Part shown: positions 52,444-64,000 of the stretch, piece by piece | Layout: each line of letters begins with the position of its first letter | Numbering within the stretch: the stretch's first letter is position 1 | Origin: Paraspadella gotoi | Lineage: Eukaryota; Animalia; Chaetognatha | NCBI GenBank assembly: GCA_051294375.1 | Contig: CM119266.1 | Coordinates: 12,700,081 to 12,764,080 of the forward strand | DNA length: 64,000 nt | Direction: 5' to 3' | Translations under genes and position numbers: made by a program | Notes under the pieces: generated by a model | The model's database searches: none | What the model was told of the DNA's origin: nothing | Seen by the model: only the letters and a program-made list of their open reading frames with translations

Positions 52444-55400
52444 TCATTCTCTTCTCTTGGTCGTCGAGATCGCATTCCATTTGCGGTAAAATTCAACGAC
52501 ATTTTCGAAAGCGATTCCAAGAACCGAATGGAATCTATCCTTTTGTCTGGAGTTGAGCTGGAAAAAAGATACGAAATAATAATTTCTTAAATTAAAATCC
52601 GAAACGATTTAAAATTCACTATTAACTTACCGAGAAACATTCCTTGGACCCCGTCAAGACCGAGACCATGACATCTCCACCGCCCCTCGCCGACCTGAAC
52701 CGACGACAAGGGGTCGATCGCTTGTCATCGTCGTCCGTGGTATCTGCGTCGCCGGAGGACGCCCCGATCGAGTCCCCGCGGTCCCTTTGGCCCAGAAGGG
52801 GCGAGGCTTTCAAGGGCGAAGCTTTGAGCGGCGAGGAGGATTTGAGCCGCGTCGGAGTCGCGCCATCGCGGTCCTTGTCCAACGGACGCTGGGCGGCGAA
52901 AAAAGCGGCGCATGAGAGGAGGCGGCGATGGAAGTAGGCTTCTTTCTTAGAAGGGCGCGGAGGAGAGTCGGAGGCTTCGTCGGTGGAGTAGACGTCCTCG
53001 TCGGGGTCGCCGTCCATAATCTGGGCGACGGTCTCGTCGTCGACCTCAACGACAGGATTTTGCGGTCGGACGAAGCGATTCCCCTTTTGAAATTGAGTCT
53101 CCAACCAACGAATCGAGTCACGAACGTCGCGGTGAGACTTCTTGGCTTCGTCCAGCTGATTGACCACTGAAGCTGCGTTCGTTGAAAGATATGAAATTTA
53201 CTTTTAGAATTGAAGCAATCCTTTCTTTTTCGTTGTTCGTAGTGATTAGAGAATTGACAAAGTTTTTGTTTGCAACGAATTTTATTTTAATTGAACAGAC
53301 ATGTTTCGACTTGCTTTATCAGCGTTGATGAAGGCTTGTAAAGCAAGTCGAAACATGTCTGTTCAATTAAAATAAAATTCGTTGCAAACAAAAACTTAAT
53401 CAATTCTCTAAACTTTTAGAATTTAAAATTGAATTATTATTAAATGACTAAAAGGAAGCAGTAAAAAGTATGACCCAAGTTTGATTTTGTAAAAATTATA
53501 AACCTACATGGGATGACAAGTATGAAAGTAGACGCATCCGCCATTTCTTGCAATAAGGCCAGATGATTCGTCAGCGCGGCAGCGTCGGGTACGAGGTAGG
53601 GCGAGAGCGACTGGGACGGCATCGCGTTCTCCAATTTCGAAACCTCCGACTACGAGGAAAATAACCGCTTAGCAATGATTAAAACAAGACAAACCGGGGT
53701 TCGAACCCGAACGCGACTATCACCTTGAGGCGAAGCTGCGCCATGCCTTTCATCAATTGCTGACGACGAGCCTCGTCTGGCGAAGTCGAGCTCGAGGTCC
53801 CGTTTTCGATTCGAGCGTCGCCGACTGGAATCGGTTCGCTCTTGACGGCATCGACGTCGTTACTAGCCGAGCGCGGGTGAAGCGAAATCTCGGAAGGAGG
53901 CAATCGAATTATTTCGTCGTCATCGTCGTCGTCATCCTCGATGTGGACGTCGTTGAGTGTCAACTGAATCACGTCGTCATCTTCGTCGTCGCCTTCCACG
54001 ATGACGTCTGGCCCGTCGGCCTGGGCCGAGAAAAAGTAGCGTTTCGCGTCATCGTTTTAACTTTTATATTTTTTTAAAATTAAAATGATTGTTTACTTCG
54101 TAAAGCACGATGTTTTTTCGAGTGAAGCGCTCCCCTTCGACGTCGGGAAGAGGTTTGAATTTGGAGCCGTGGAAGAAACGGTCGTTTGGGGATCGTCTTG
54201 AATTCTTAAATTCGATGGGACGCGACGAGGGTTTCCGAAATCCTGGTCGTCAAATCACGTAAATAACTTTAATAAAAACTTTTTTAACATTTACAATTAA
54301 AAAAAAACTAGCGAACCAGCGTCGCCTCTCCGATCTTCCCGGTTCCGCTGAGAATCTGAAGATTTAAATTGCGACTTGGGAGGGCGAGGCGGCGGGGGAG
54401 GAGGCGTCGGCGCTTCAAAAACTTTTTGGTCGGGCAAAAAGCGGAAGCCGACGAATTCTTTCTTCTTCGACGCAAAATAACTGAAAGAAAATCAAAAATC
54501 ATGAAACTTCAATTGCACGAATCGTTTAATTAGCTTAATTGCATTAAGCCCCGTAGGCGCTCACCCGAAATGCCTGATGGCACAAAGCCTAAGCAGGCAT
54601 TCCTGCGTCGAAGTCAGCCCACCGGTGAAATCTTTCTCTGCTCCACCATTCGTCATTGCCGTCAAGTAATCGAAACCGGTCTGAGGCAATAAGAGCTTCG
54701 TTTGAAATTCCTAACGAAAAAAATATAATACCGTTTTAAAATAATTTATAAATTATATTTACATAGTTTCTTTGGGTAAAGTTTCGCTTGCCTTGAAAAT
54801 GATAAGATTTTGAAGAGAAAGGTCTTCCGGCAGCGGGAAAGTTTGATTCCATCCGTCGAGCGGAATCGACTTCAGAATCGTAGACAAACGAGCGGATATG
54901 GAAACTCCCGCGACAGCGAGAACGTCGGATTCGTTGGGCAGGCGATTTAAGAGTAGAGCAAGTCGATACCACAACGCCTGGCCAATACATAGAAAGAAAT
55001 AATGTGATTGGTTCCAAAATAAAACGCCCACGATTCAAGCGGATTTCGTACCTCGATTCCGCCACAATTGTAGGGCACCGTGTGGAGATGTGCGCGGAGC
55101 CAATCGACGACGACTTTAACAACCATTAATATTCCTTGGTCTTTCATTATTTTTATCGCCCGCTCAAACTCTTAACGAAAGAGAGAAAAGAGAAATTAAA
55201 TTCAAATGCAATTAGGTAACTTACAGTTACACGAACTTACCTTTTGAATCGGAATCTTCTTTAGATTCTTCTTTTTCCTCCTCGTCGCTAAGAGGCTCTT
55301 CCTCAGAGAGTGACTCCGCTCCCGACTCCCCAGACGCGACCTTATCCATCGCACCTTTTTCCTTCGTCTCGCTCTCCTCGGTTTCTTCGTCGGGATGAGT

Positions 55401-58088
55401 CTTCGATCGTTCCATCAATTTGGAAAGCTCATACTGCCCTTCCTCCTCATCCTCCTCCGACTCTTCGTCCTCCTGTTCTTCCTCCGACACCACCGTCAAA
55501 TCCAAATCTCCCTCGCTCAAGTCGCTCTCGTCGTCTTCTCCTTCTCCGCTCTTCTCCTCCGAACTGTCGTCGTCTCTCTCATCCCCCTCTTCCTCCTCTC
55601 CTCTTTTTCGCCTCCTCCGGCGCCTCCTCCGCATGAGGGAGAGCATCTTCCGCCTCCTCACGACCACGGGATCTTCCTCTCTCAAGTCCTTGTCGACGAG
55701 ACTCTCGAGAGTCCCTCGTTGGGCACCGAGGCGGGAATTGACGTCCGCCATGCCGAGGCTCTCTTTGGGTGGAGGTGCGTCGGGTTCCCTGGCGAGCGAG
55801 GAGACGGAGGAGGACTCGGTCACGTCGAGGTCGCGGCCGGAGTCGTCCGACTTGACGGAGATTTTAGTTTCTGACGATGAGGGAGGAAGTCGATGCCGAC
55901 CCTCGTTGATGGCGGTGGTGACCCTGCAATAGTTGTTAGGACACAAGTCGGTCATCGAAGTGAATTAACATCAGCGACTTAGTCGTTAGTTTACTTGCCT
56001 GATACAAGAGTGACGCAACAAGTGCGAAAACATTATAATTGTGAAGTTGTGAGCCACTGAGAGTCGGTTCGTTTTTTCATCGTTGGCCGAATCCGATTCT
56101 TTCAAACCGACTTTTTCCTGAAATAAATCGTGATAGTGTAATAACTTTAGGGTATATAATTTAGAAACACCTAATTAATACCTGCAGTTGGCGAACGACC
56201 ATCGTCGCTAGAACAACCATCTTAAAAATAAGCGAGCTGTCAAGAAAAGCTGGTCGATTTTCGTCGGCGTAAGCCATTTCCCAAGAAGAGGTGAAAGCCG
56301 CTGCGTCTAGGAAAAGAAAGGAAGTAATATAAAACGCAAAAACTAATATTCAAAAAAGTTATCTGGCATGAAAATACCGGATTCTAATTTGGCTCCTCTG
56401 CCTTTGTCTGGTCGCAAATACAGGCACGAATTAAGCTCACGAAGTTCTTCCTAAAAAGCGAATACAATTTTTTTGAAAAGTACAATGATGAACAACAGGG
56501 ATAATCGACCAAAGGACAAACTGATCTTACTAAGCATATTTGTTGCAGCTTGGCGAGTCCCAAACGTTGCTGATTGTGTAACAATACACCCATCAAATCC
56601 AGAAAACCGATAAGGCATCTTTTTAATCTTCTTACTCTGGCGTACCTGAGGTGAAAAATGTCTCAAAATTAGGTAAAAACTGAAGAGACGAAAACAAATT
56701 GGCACAATTTGAAGTAACCTGGAAACGCCAGTAGATTCGAATCTCTTATTGATTTTTTGGCGTCTCAATATGTCCATGTGACGTCTGTGATTCCGTTGGA
56801 AAAGTCTTTTGAGATTGGCAGATGCGCCTTCGAACGGATGCGGACTTAAGAGGCACCGAAGGTAGTGGTATGTGGCGTCGATACCGTAGTTACGATTTCC
56901 GGACAACGTACCCAGTTGGTTGTGAGGAAGACCGAACTCCGGCAAAAATTGAACCGCCTGATATGTATTTTTACATGATTTTTTTTTTTTAAAACAAAAT
57001 AAAAAGAATAACTACTATGTACCTGTCCGTAGTATCTACAAGCCATTACGCTGCTCCTTGTGCCGTCAAAATCCTGTTGATACCTACGGAAATACATCAT
57101 TTGAAGTTACTATTTTATACTATTTTATATTATTTTATACAGACCTTGCCAAATCGCCCAAATAGCAGAGGCATCGGTGAATGCACTTGAGAAACCAAAT
57201 GCTGAGGTCTTTGTCTTCATGACTCAAAGAAGCCGATTCTTGCCCCTGCTTTCCTTGATTGGAAGGCACGTCCAGACAGTCTGCAAAAATGTAGGAAGCA
57301 TAAAACCATGACTGACCCCACTTCCATAAATATAGTAATCGATTCTGAGATTGATGTCAACCCTAACCTCCGAGGGGAACGACGTTGAGCTCCGTTTGTA
57401 GCTTGAGAAGGAGACCGTGATAAATGCCATTAGAGGCGACGAGGTGGCTGCGGATGTGTCCCTCGAGAGAACTGTTTGGCCGAATGTACTTGAGGTTCTT
57501 TCTGGCCAGAAGAATTACCTCGTAAAAGCACTTGCGCCAGAGGATATCTTCCGCTTTGCGAGAGTACTCTGGAACGAATAAACGTTGGTCGTTGATTTTT
57601 CTCATAATTCTATTTGACTTTAAAGCGGAAGCATCTTGAATAACCTATAGTGTCGGCGCTAGTGTTGACGATTATTCTTTCGCAGTACTGTTGAATTTTG
57701 TAGCGAACGAAGATCGCTTCCGAAGAAAACAACCGAGTCAGCATCTCTTGCTTTCTTTCCGTTCGAGGCTTGAGAGAAGAGAGATTAACTATTTGTATCC
57801 TAAAATCCCCACTCGGAACAAAAAAAATTACCTGCTTTCGGAAAGGCTTCGTTTCTTGCCTGACCGCGCTTCCCTTGGAGTGGGTTACGCTTTTTCCACC
57901 GATCAACACAGTCGACGGAAGGCTGCAAGAAAGATGGTTACATTAATCTCATTTGACAAAGAACAAACTTTTTCAAATTCGCACTTTAGCGTTGGGCAAG
58001 GCTCCTCCGTGCCGGCCGCCATCGCCTTGTCCAGCTTTCTCACGGCTTCTTGCACGGAGCGAAACGTTCTTTTGAGATCAAACTCCAT
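52444..58088 (-). CDS. SMG5: Nonsense-mediated decay factor SMG5 (EST1/TPR plus PIN-like)
   Basis: KRTFRSVQEAVRKLD, RKAEDILWRKCFYEVI, HRCLCYLGDLARY, PEFGLPHNQLGTL, LMKGMAQLRL, SPYLVPD, RDSIRWLETQFQKGNRFVR, NVVEFYRKW. Confidence 0.92.
53247..53410. repeat. Near-perfect 72-bp-arm palindrome in an SMG5 intron, containing a minimal hammerhead-ribozyme-like core (Penelope-type end)
   Basis: Arms 53247-53318 and 53339-53410; plus strand TTGATGA-A-GGCTTG-taaag-CAAGTC-GAAA-CATGTC at 53325-53359. Confidence 0.75.
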
Positions 58089-58676
58089 TCTCGGTGCTGA
58101 AGTAAAAGCGAAAATTAGAATTAGTAATCGCTGAGAAGGCAAATCGTACCAGGAAATAGCTTACCTTTAATTGTCCTCCTTCAAGAGGACTACTGCAATT
58201 TTTTTCAGGACGTATCCATTATCGATTCTTTTAATCACATGACTATAATAGCAGGTGTTCACTGTTCACACTATAAACAATCTAACACCTGAAAAAAATA
58301 TAACAGTATTGCAACATACTAAATGTGAGAGGTAATTTTTTTATAAACGAATATTAGCATTAATTGATTCGTGATGTAAAATAATTTCGAAGTTCACAAC
58401 TGGATTAAAAAAAAATGCAGTTATTGCATTTACGAGGCACAATGTAGGTGACGCGAAAAAAGGCAGCTTTTAAAAATTGTCACGTAAAAATTAAAATGAG
58501 GCAGTGAATTACAAACTCACAAAAGTGTTTAAAGCGTTTTGTTGCAATAAAATGGAACGTAATACCTAAGAGACCATCTCAACTATATAACATATGTCGC
58601 TATATCACAGACGAAATGACAACTAGTGATGCCTCAATGTATATTGTATAATGTATATGGACGGGATCGAAGTCGA

Positions 58677-61600
58677 TCACCTCCAGATCTGTTTAAACAT
58701 TTGTCCAAAGTTTTTAACTTTCATCCGCAGCTGCGCTGCGGTCTGTTTACTGTAACTCGCAAATTCCTCTTGATACTCGAATATTTTTTTCTCGAAATCT
58801 CCAGATTTCACGCTGCTCGCCTCCAGTCGTCCGTTGATAAAAAGTTCGAACATGTGCGTTTCGGAAAACCTGATAAAATCAAATTTTTAACGAAAATAAA
58901 TATTTGAAATTCGGCTCAAATCGTTCGAATAATTCTCACCAGACTAGAAACATCCTCAAAGAGTCGGAAATTGTGGCGTCGCAGAAGTCGGTCTTGTTGA
59001 ACCGCCTCTTAACGTTGGCGGCGCCACCGCCTTCTTCTCCGTCTGCGTAGTTGATGTACTCGAGATAATGTCCGATGGTGGAAACGAAGAAGCAGACGAA
59101 AGTCTCCATCAAAAGGTCAGAATTACTGAGGCCAGAAGGAACTGTCGTTCCTGCGACGTTCTCAGCTATCTCATCGCGACACAACTGACACAAAGTGCAG
59201 AGCAGGCTTAATAATGTTAGAAAGGTATTTAATGACTCCACTGTTGGATCCATCTCATCAAACCTGAAGTCCTCGCAATAAAGACCGCCGTAGTTTGGGG
59301 GGAAGAATCGTCGCCTCATCGCCCATTTCGCGAACGATTCTGCCTTCGTCCAAATTTACTATTAGAACATCTTCCAGTTCCAACTGACTCAATGCCTCCA
59401 ACGATGATTCCTAAAACAATAGATTTATTTAAGACAAAAACCAATAATTGTATTAACACTAAAATAGCATACTTGCACGCCGATGATGTAAGGTGACGGA
59501 GCGCAACAAATTTCCAGCAAGTGATCAGGAAGTATGGGAATAAGGGTGTGTTCCCAGTTGAACGGATACAGAATGGCCACAAGCGCTAACGTGCAACGAG
59601 ACAATTCTGTTGAAAAAAAAAACGGCTATTAAAATTTAAATCGTCAAATTTGTTTACATTTATCGACAAACAGCACCTGTAAGTTGCCGGGATACCAGAA
59701 TAACGGAACGTTCAAGAAGAGTAGTAGAAAACAGCTGAATGACATTGTCGGGACCGAGCATACGAAGCAGAATGCTTAAATCTACGTTTTCCATGGAACG
59801 ATCGCTGGGCTTGCAGACCTAAAAAATTTTAAATTTCAGCTCAGAGATTTTTATTTTCGGAGGTTCGAATCCCTAAGCTGCCTCCATATTTAAGCAAGTA
59901 GACAGAGATTTCAACAAGAAACAAGTTGATTTTATTCTGAGAATTATGACAAGCGAAGACGGTGTCAGAATTTGAGGCAGAATGAATCAGTTGTGGCGGT
60001 ATATTCACACTGCCTCACTTCCATCATGGCTCAGCCAATCCCATTGGCACAGAGAGGGAACACACCATCCCAGGCGTTATGTTCCATCCACAGTCCGAAG
60101 GACTTCCCTCTGCGTTGGCAAAGCGGTGACTGGAAACGTCACTGAGGGTCGCATCAACGAATAAGGGACTCGCAGCTGCAGGAGAATTCATCATCAGCAG
60201 CCGCGACGGAGCCCACGAAGACCACGCGGACCAAGACCCGAACAAAGGAGGCTTTCATAAGCTCTATGACCCGGACAGGACCAAGAGCCAATAAGGAGAA
60301 GAAGAGGGTTATGGAGACTCAGTTGTGGGCCAATGAGAACACGGCCCTGGGGCTTGAAGTGAAAGAGAGAGAAAAGTAGATGGTAGGATTGATGGTCGGA
60401 AGCCCCCAAAGCCAACAGTGAGATGCCATATCCCAATGGGCACCACAGGCAACCCGGCTGTTGCCATACAGTACAGAAATAGCAAGCGGATCATCGACAC
60501 GGGCTGGTTTTCCCGACGGCATAAAGCCCATCTTGAGATTGGTGGATTCACTTGGTGGTTCGTCCAATGAGACAGTCGAATCCGGATTTTAGCGGATTTT
60601 ACCCGAGTCGCGGATCCGATTCGATTTTTGGTTCTAATTCCATCTGCGATGGTCATAAAACTTTGGCGAAGTTTATAACAGCTCACCTGTAAATCTTCGA
60701 ATTTAGCGGGAAGTGGAGAGATGATGGTAGACGGTTTTCCCACTTGCAGCGGCAGCGTGGCGTCATAAGCGTTTTTGAGGAATTCCCAAGCGTCGTCCGG
60801 AGAAGAGTCGACGTAGCTCTCTAATTCTGAGAGGATTTTGTCGTAAAGGGCGAAAGAAAATAACGAACTGACGATGCAGTAGACAACCGGCTTTGTGGGG
60901 CCTGAGGACAATTTTTTTTCAAACAATAAGAAGTAAGATAAATTACAAATTTTGACGTTTTTTGGCACGAATTTAAATTTAGTATTATTTGGTTATTTAT
61001 AGATGGATAAAATTAAGTAATAGTGCGCTTTTGAATAAAGTAAGGTAAACAACGTAAACCTTTTTCGAGTGGCAAAAAGCGTCTACAGTATCCGTATTGT
61101 CTCGACGAATCCGCGCCGGTGAGCACGAAGAGAAACGTTTCGCAATCGGCCTCCCAGATTGGGTGATGACCCGAAGTCTCGGGAAAGCAGAACTGGGCAA
61201 TGGTGGCCACGTCGGCGGTCGCGCAATCAGGAAATCTAAAGTAATCAAAAACAAAAACATTATCCAACAACTTTTACAACTTTTACAAAGTTACGTATAA
61301 ACGTACTGCTCGGCGACGTAAGGCTTCAAAGTTTGACTCTCTCTTGGGTCTTTCAAATCCCGACGAATGGTGCCGCGAACTTCCAGTTTGACCAAAAGGA
61401 CAAAGTTGAACAAGCCCTGCTTCTGCTTCATGAGTTGCTGTTGTTTTCTGGAAGGTGTATTAAAAATAGCTAAAATCTTTTAGCATTATAAGTAATTATT
61501 TTAAGTCACTGGAAATTGGTAAAGGACGCGGTTGCAAAAACGACAAGATCATGGCCCATCTTTCTATTAACAAATTTGTCAAGCAATTCTTCTACAACGT

Positions 61601-64000
61601 TAAGGACTCGGCAGTATCAGTAAACGAGAAGCATTTCTTTGACATTCAATTTAATTATGTATAATTGTCATATAAGATATATAATATAATATAAGATATA
61701 TAATGTTATATATATAATATAATATATATGTATATATAATATTATATATAATATATTATATATATATAATATGTAATGGCTCGCCTATACCTGGATATTG
61801 GGATAAAAGAGCCGAAATCCATGAAGGGTATTGGTTCCCAACTGATGACCTACCCATTGTATAAACATAAAAGATAAAAAATATTCAAAAAATAAATAAT
61901 TAAAAAGTAGGAAAAATAAAAAATACAATTTTCATTAAAGTATTTTAAAATTATATTCATGACATAAAGTGCCCCTATAGACCTTATCCCAGTATGTATC
62001 CTGTCAGAACATACAATTCTACATGGTAGTCTTATCACTATTGGTAAAAAAAATCATATATAACGTTGGTCCCCCTCAAAAAATTATCCATTCCCACCCC
62101 TTTCTGTTCAGCCTCTTAGATATTATGATTTTTTCATTAATGACTTTCTAACAGAAATGATGTGTGATTTCTATTAGAAAACTAGGACAGAAAGTAATCT
62201 AACCTTGTTTTGTATAGATGCTCCCTCTACTTCCAAAGACAGCACTGACTTTCCCTTCCCAAATTAAATTATTAGATAAATAAAACATTTTTAAAAAATA
62301 AAGCAATATATAGTTGATTAAATAATATAAATTAAATACTAAATCCTTCATAAAATATAAAAATAGTGAAACAAGTAATTCGCAAATTTTCATACCTAGT
62401 TTTCCTTGACGACGACGATCTTTAAAGAAAAACGAAAGTCACTATTTAAAATAGAGTATGTTTAAAGGGTTGCTCACCTTCGGGTTTCTATTGTTCTTTC
62501 CCGCATATATCTCCTAGAATTAACATAGCGAAGTTTCTTTTCATAAGTTTGTCGGTAGGTTTCTTCTTCGTCGACACTCTGGCGACCGCCTTGATCGTCT
62601 TTCAATTCTAAAAAGATGAATATTTATGATAATTATTAATTAATAAATATAAACTTTTTCAACAATATTTAACTAGCGCACGAAGGTACTTGCCGTGCAA
62701 AAGCGGCGGAGGTTTAGGACTAAACCCTTGTTCGCTATCGAGCGGTTTGACGTTTTCGGTCACTTTGAAAAAGAGCTGCCTGGTTCGCCGGAGCTGCAAC
62801 TGTTCCTTCGTGAGCCCGGGCTCGTCGCCGAGAAGAGAACCCTGACTGCCGCGTCGCTGCGACGTAGTAAAATTAGATTCTGGAAGGAATGACGGAAGAT
62901 TAGCGTCATTTTCGTGCGTCAGCAAACGAAGACACTTTTCCTAAAGTGTTTACCAGACTTAGGAGAAAACGCGGGCGACGAAAAGGTTTTAGCCAGGTGC
63001 AGCCGATTTTCTTCGATGGGTTGAAGATCACTATTGCTTCTCATTCGATCGACATCTGGCCCATCCTTAAAACAAATATCATAAAATACATATAAAATAC
63101 ATGTATGTAATATATACAATAAATATATATAATAAATTTTCATATCACATCACATTTATTTTCTAACAAAGCTCTCACGTTATCGTTTAAACTGGGCTCA
63201 GAGGTGGAGCGCGAATTTTTGACGCCGGGAAGCATATTAAACAGCGAACCGGGCGATGGATGGACGTTAATCAGAGGGCGTGGCGTCACCACCGACGACT
63301 GCCGGGCGCCGTGATCAGTTCCGTCGAGGTGCGACGGATAAACGACAGCGTAGGGCTTAATTATATTGTCTTCATCCTCATCGGCGTCGACGCGGAAGTA
63401 CGTTGAGGGTGTGCTCGGTTTGTGCGGTGGCACCGGCAGGGGAGAAAAAGACCTCTTAATTTGCTCGGATGCGGAAACCGACACCGATACGGCGGACGGG
63501 AGAGTAGAGGAATGCTGTAAAGCGACGGTGGGCAAGGACGGAATGGACGGTTCGCTGTAAGTGGAGACAGCGGCGGCGGCTTTTTTGCTCTCGATGAATT
63601 GTTTGCGGGTAAAGAGAAGCAGACGGTCGTAAGAGGATCCGAGTTCGTCGGATTCCTTCTCAACGTCGCCAGCCTCGTCGCCGACCGCGGAATAATAGTT
63701 TTTTTCGACGTTATCTTCCGATGCAGAGGCGAATCGTCGCTCAAACTGCTCGACCAATCGCGGATCGAGTTCAACGTAATTGGTAGAATTGTCTGATGCT
63801 GTCGCCGCAATCTCAACTATTTCGGCGCGCGTTCTCGACCGGCCCTTCGATCCATGGAGGAAAGAGTCACGACGGTGAGTGGAGATGTCGCCGGTAAGAG
63901 GAATGTGTTCATCGCCGCTCCTGAATCTCACGTTCTTCTTGGGAGAGACGGAAATCTCGGAGAGAGATGAAGACGACGACAAAGACTCAGCGACGCTCGG
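58677..64000 (-). CDS. DENND2: DENN domain-containing protein 2 family Rab GEF (DENND2/ST5-like); 5' part lies beyond the window
   Basis: ETFLFVLTGADSSRQYGYCRRFLP, PVVYCIVS, FSCFLLLLLERSVI, LLYPFNWEHTLIPILP, FSETHMFELFI; long disordered N-terminal exon 63166-64000. Confidence 0.85.
61655..61775. repeat. AT-rich low-complexity (TATAA-type) tract in DENND2 intron
   Basis: Directly visible. Confidence 0.8.

Overview
Eukaryotic (invertebrate animal-like) genomic DNA with short GT-AG introns and GC-richer exons. It has two very different halves. 1-25.9 kb is gene-poor and rich in microsatellites. It holds one low-complexity minus-strand exon, a 24-bp minisatellite, a ~3.8-kb LTR-bounded element, small non-autonomous elements and three copies of a CRE/E-box 12-mer. 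26-64 kb is gene-dense: a plus-strand secreted C-type lectin faces ten consecutive minus-strand housekeeping genes (DENND2-like [5' end outside window], SMG5, TRIAP1, an Rtc5-like TLDc protein, BUD23, SLC25A21, VWA8, HTRA2, beta-hexosaminidase, TARBP2/loqs-like). Stop-to-ATG gaps are only 78-796 nt, and most genes have a splice-acceptor-like site just upstream of the ATG, an operon/trans-splicing-like layout. Other highlights are a 657-bp intronic element with RSS-like ends (CACAGTG + 22/23-nt spacer + nonamer-like) and a CGNCG target-site duplication (Transib/RAG-like), and an intronic palindrome containing a minimal hammerhead-ribozyme-like core. Gene identities come from manual translation and remembered family motifs; no searches were run. 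The assembly shows apparent indel errors and a 10-N gap at 35753-35762.
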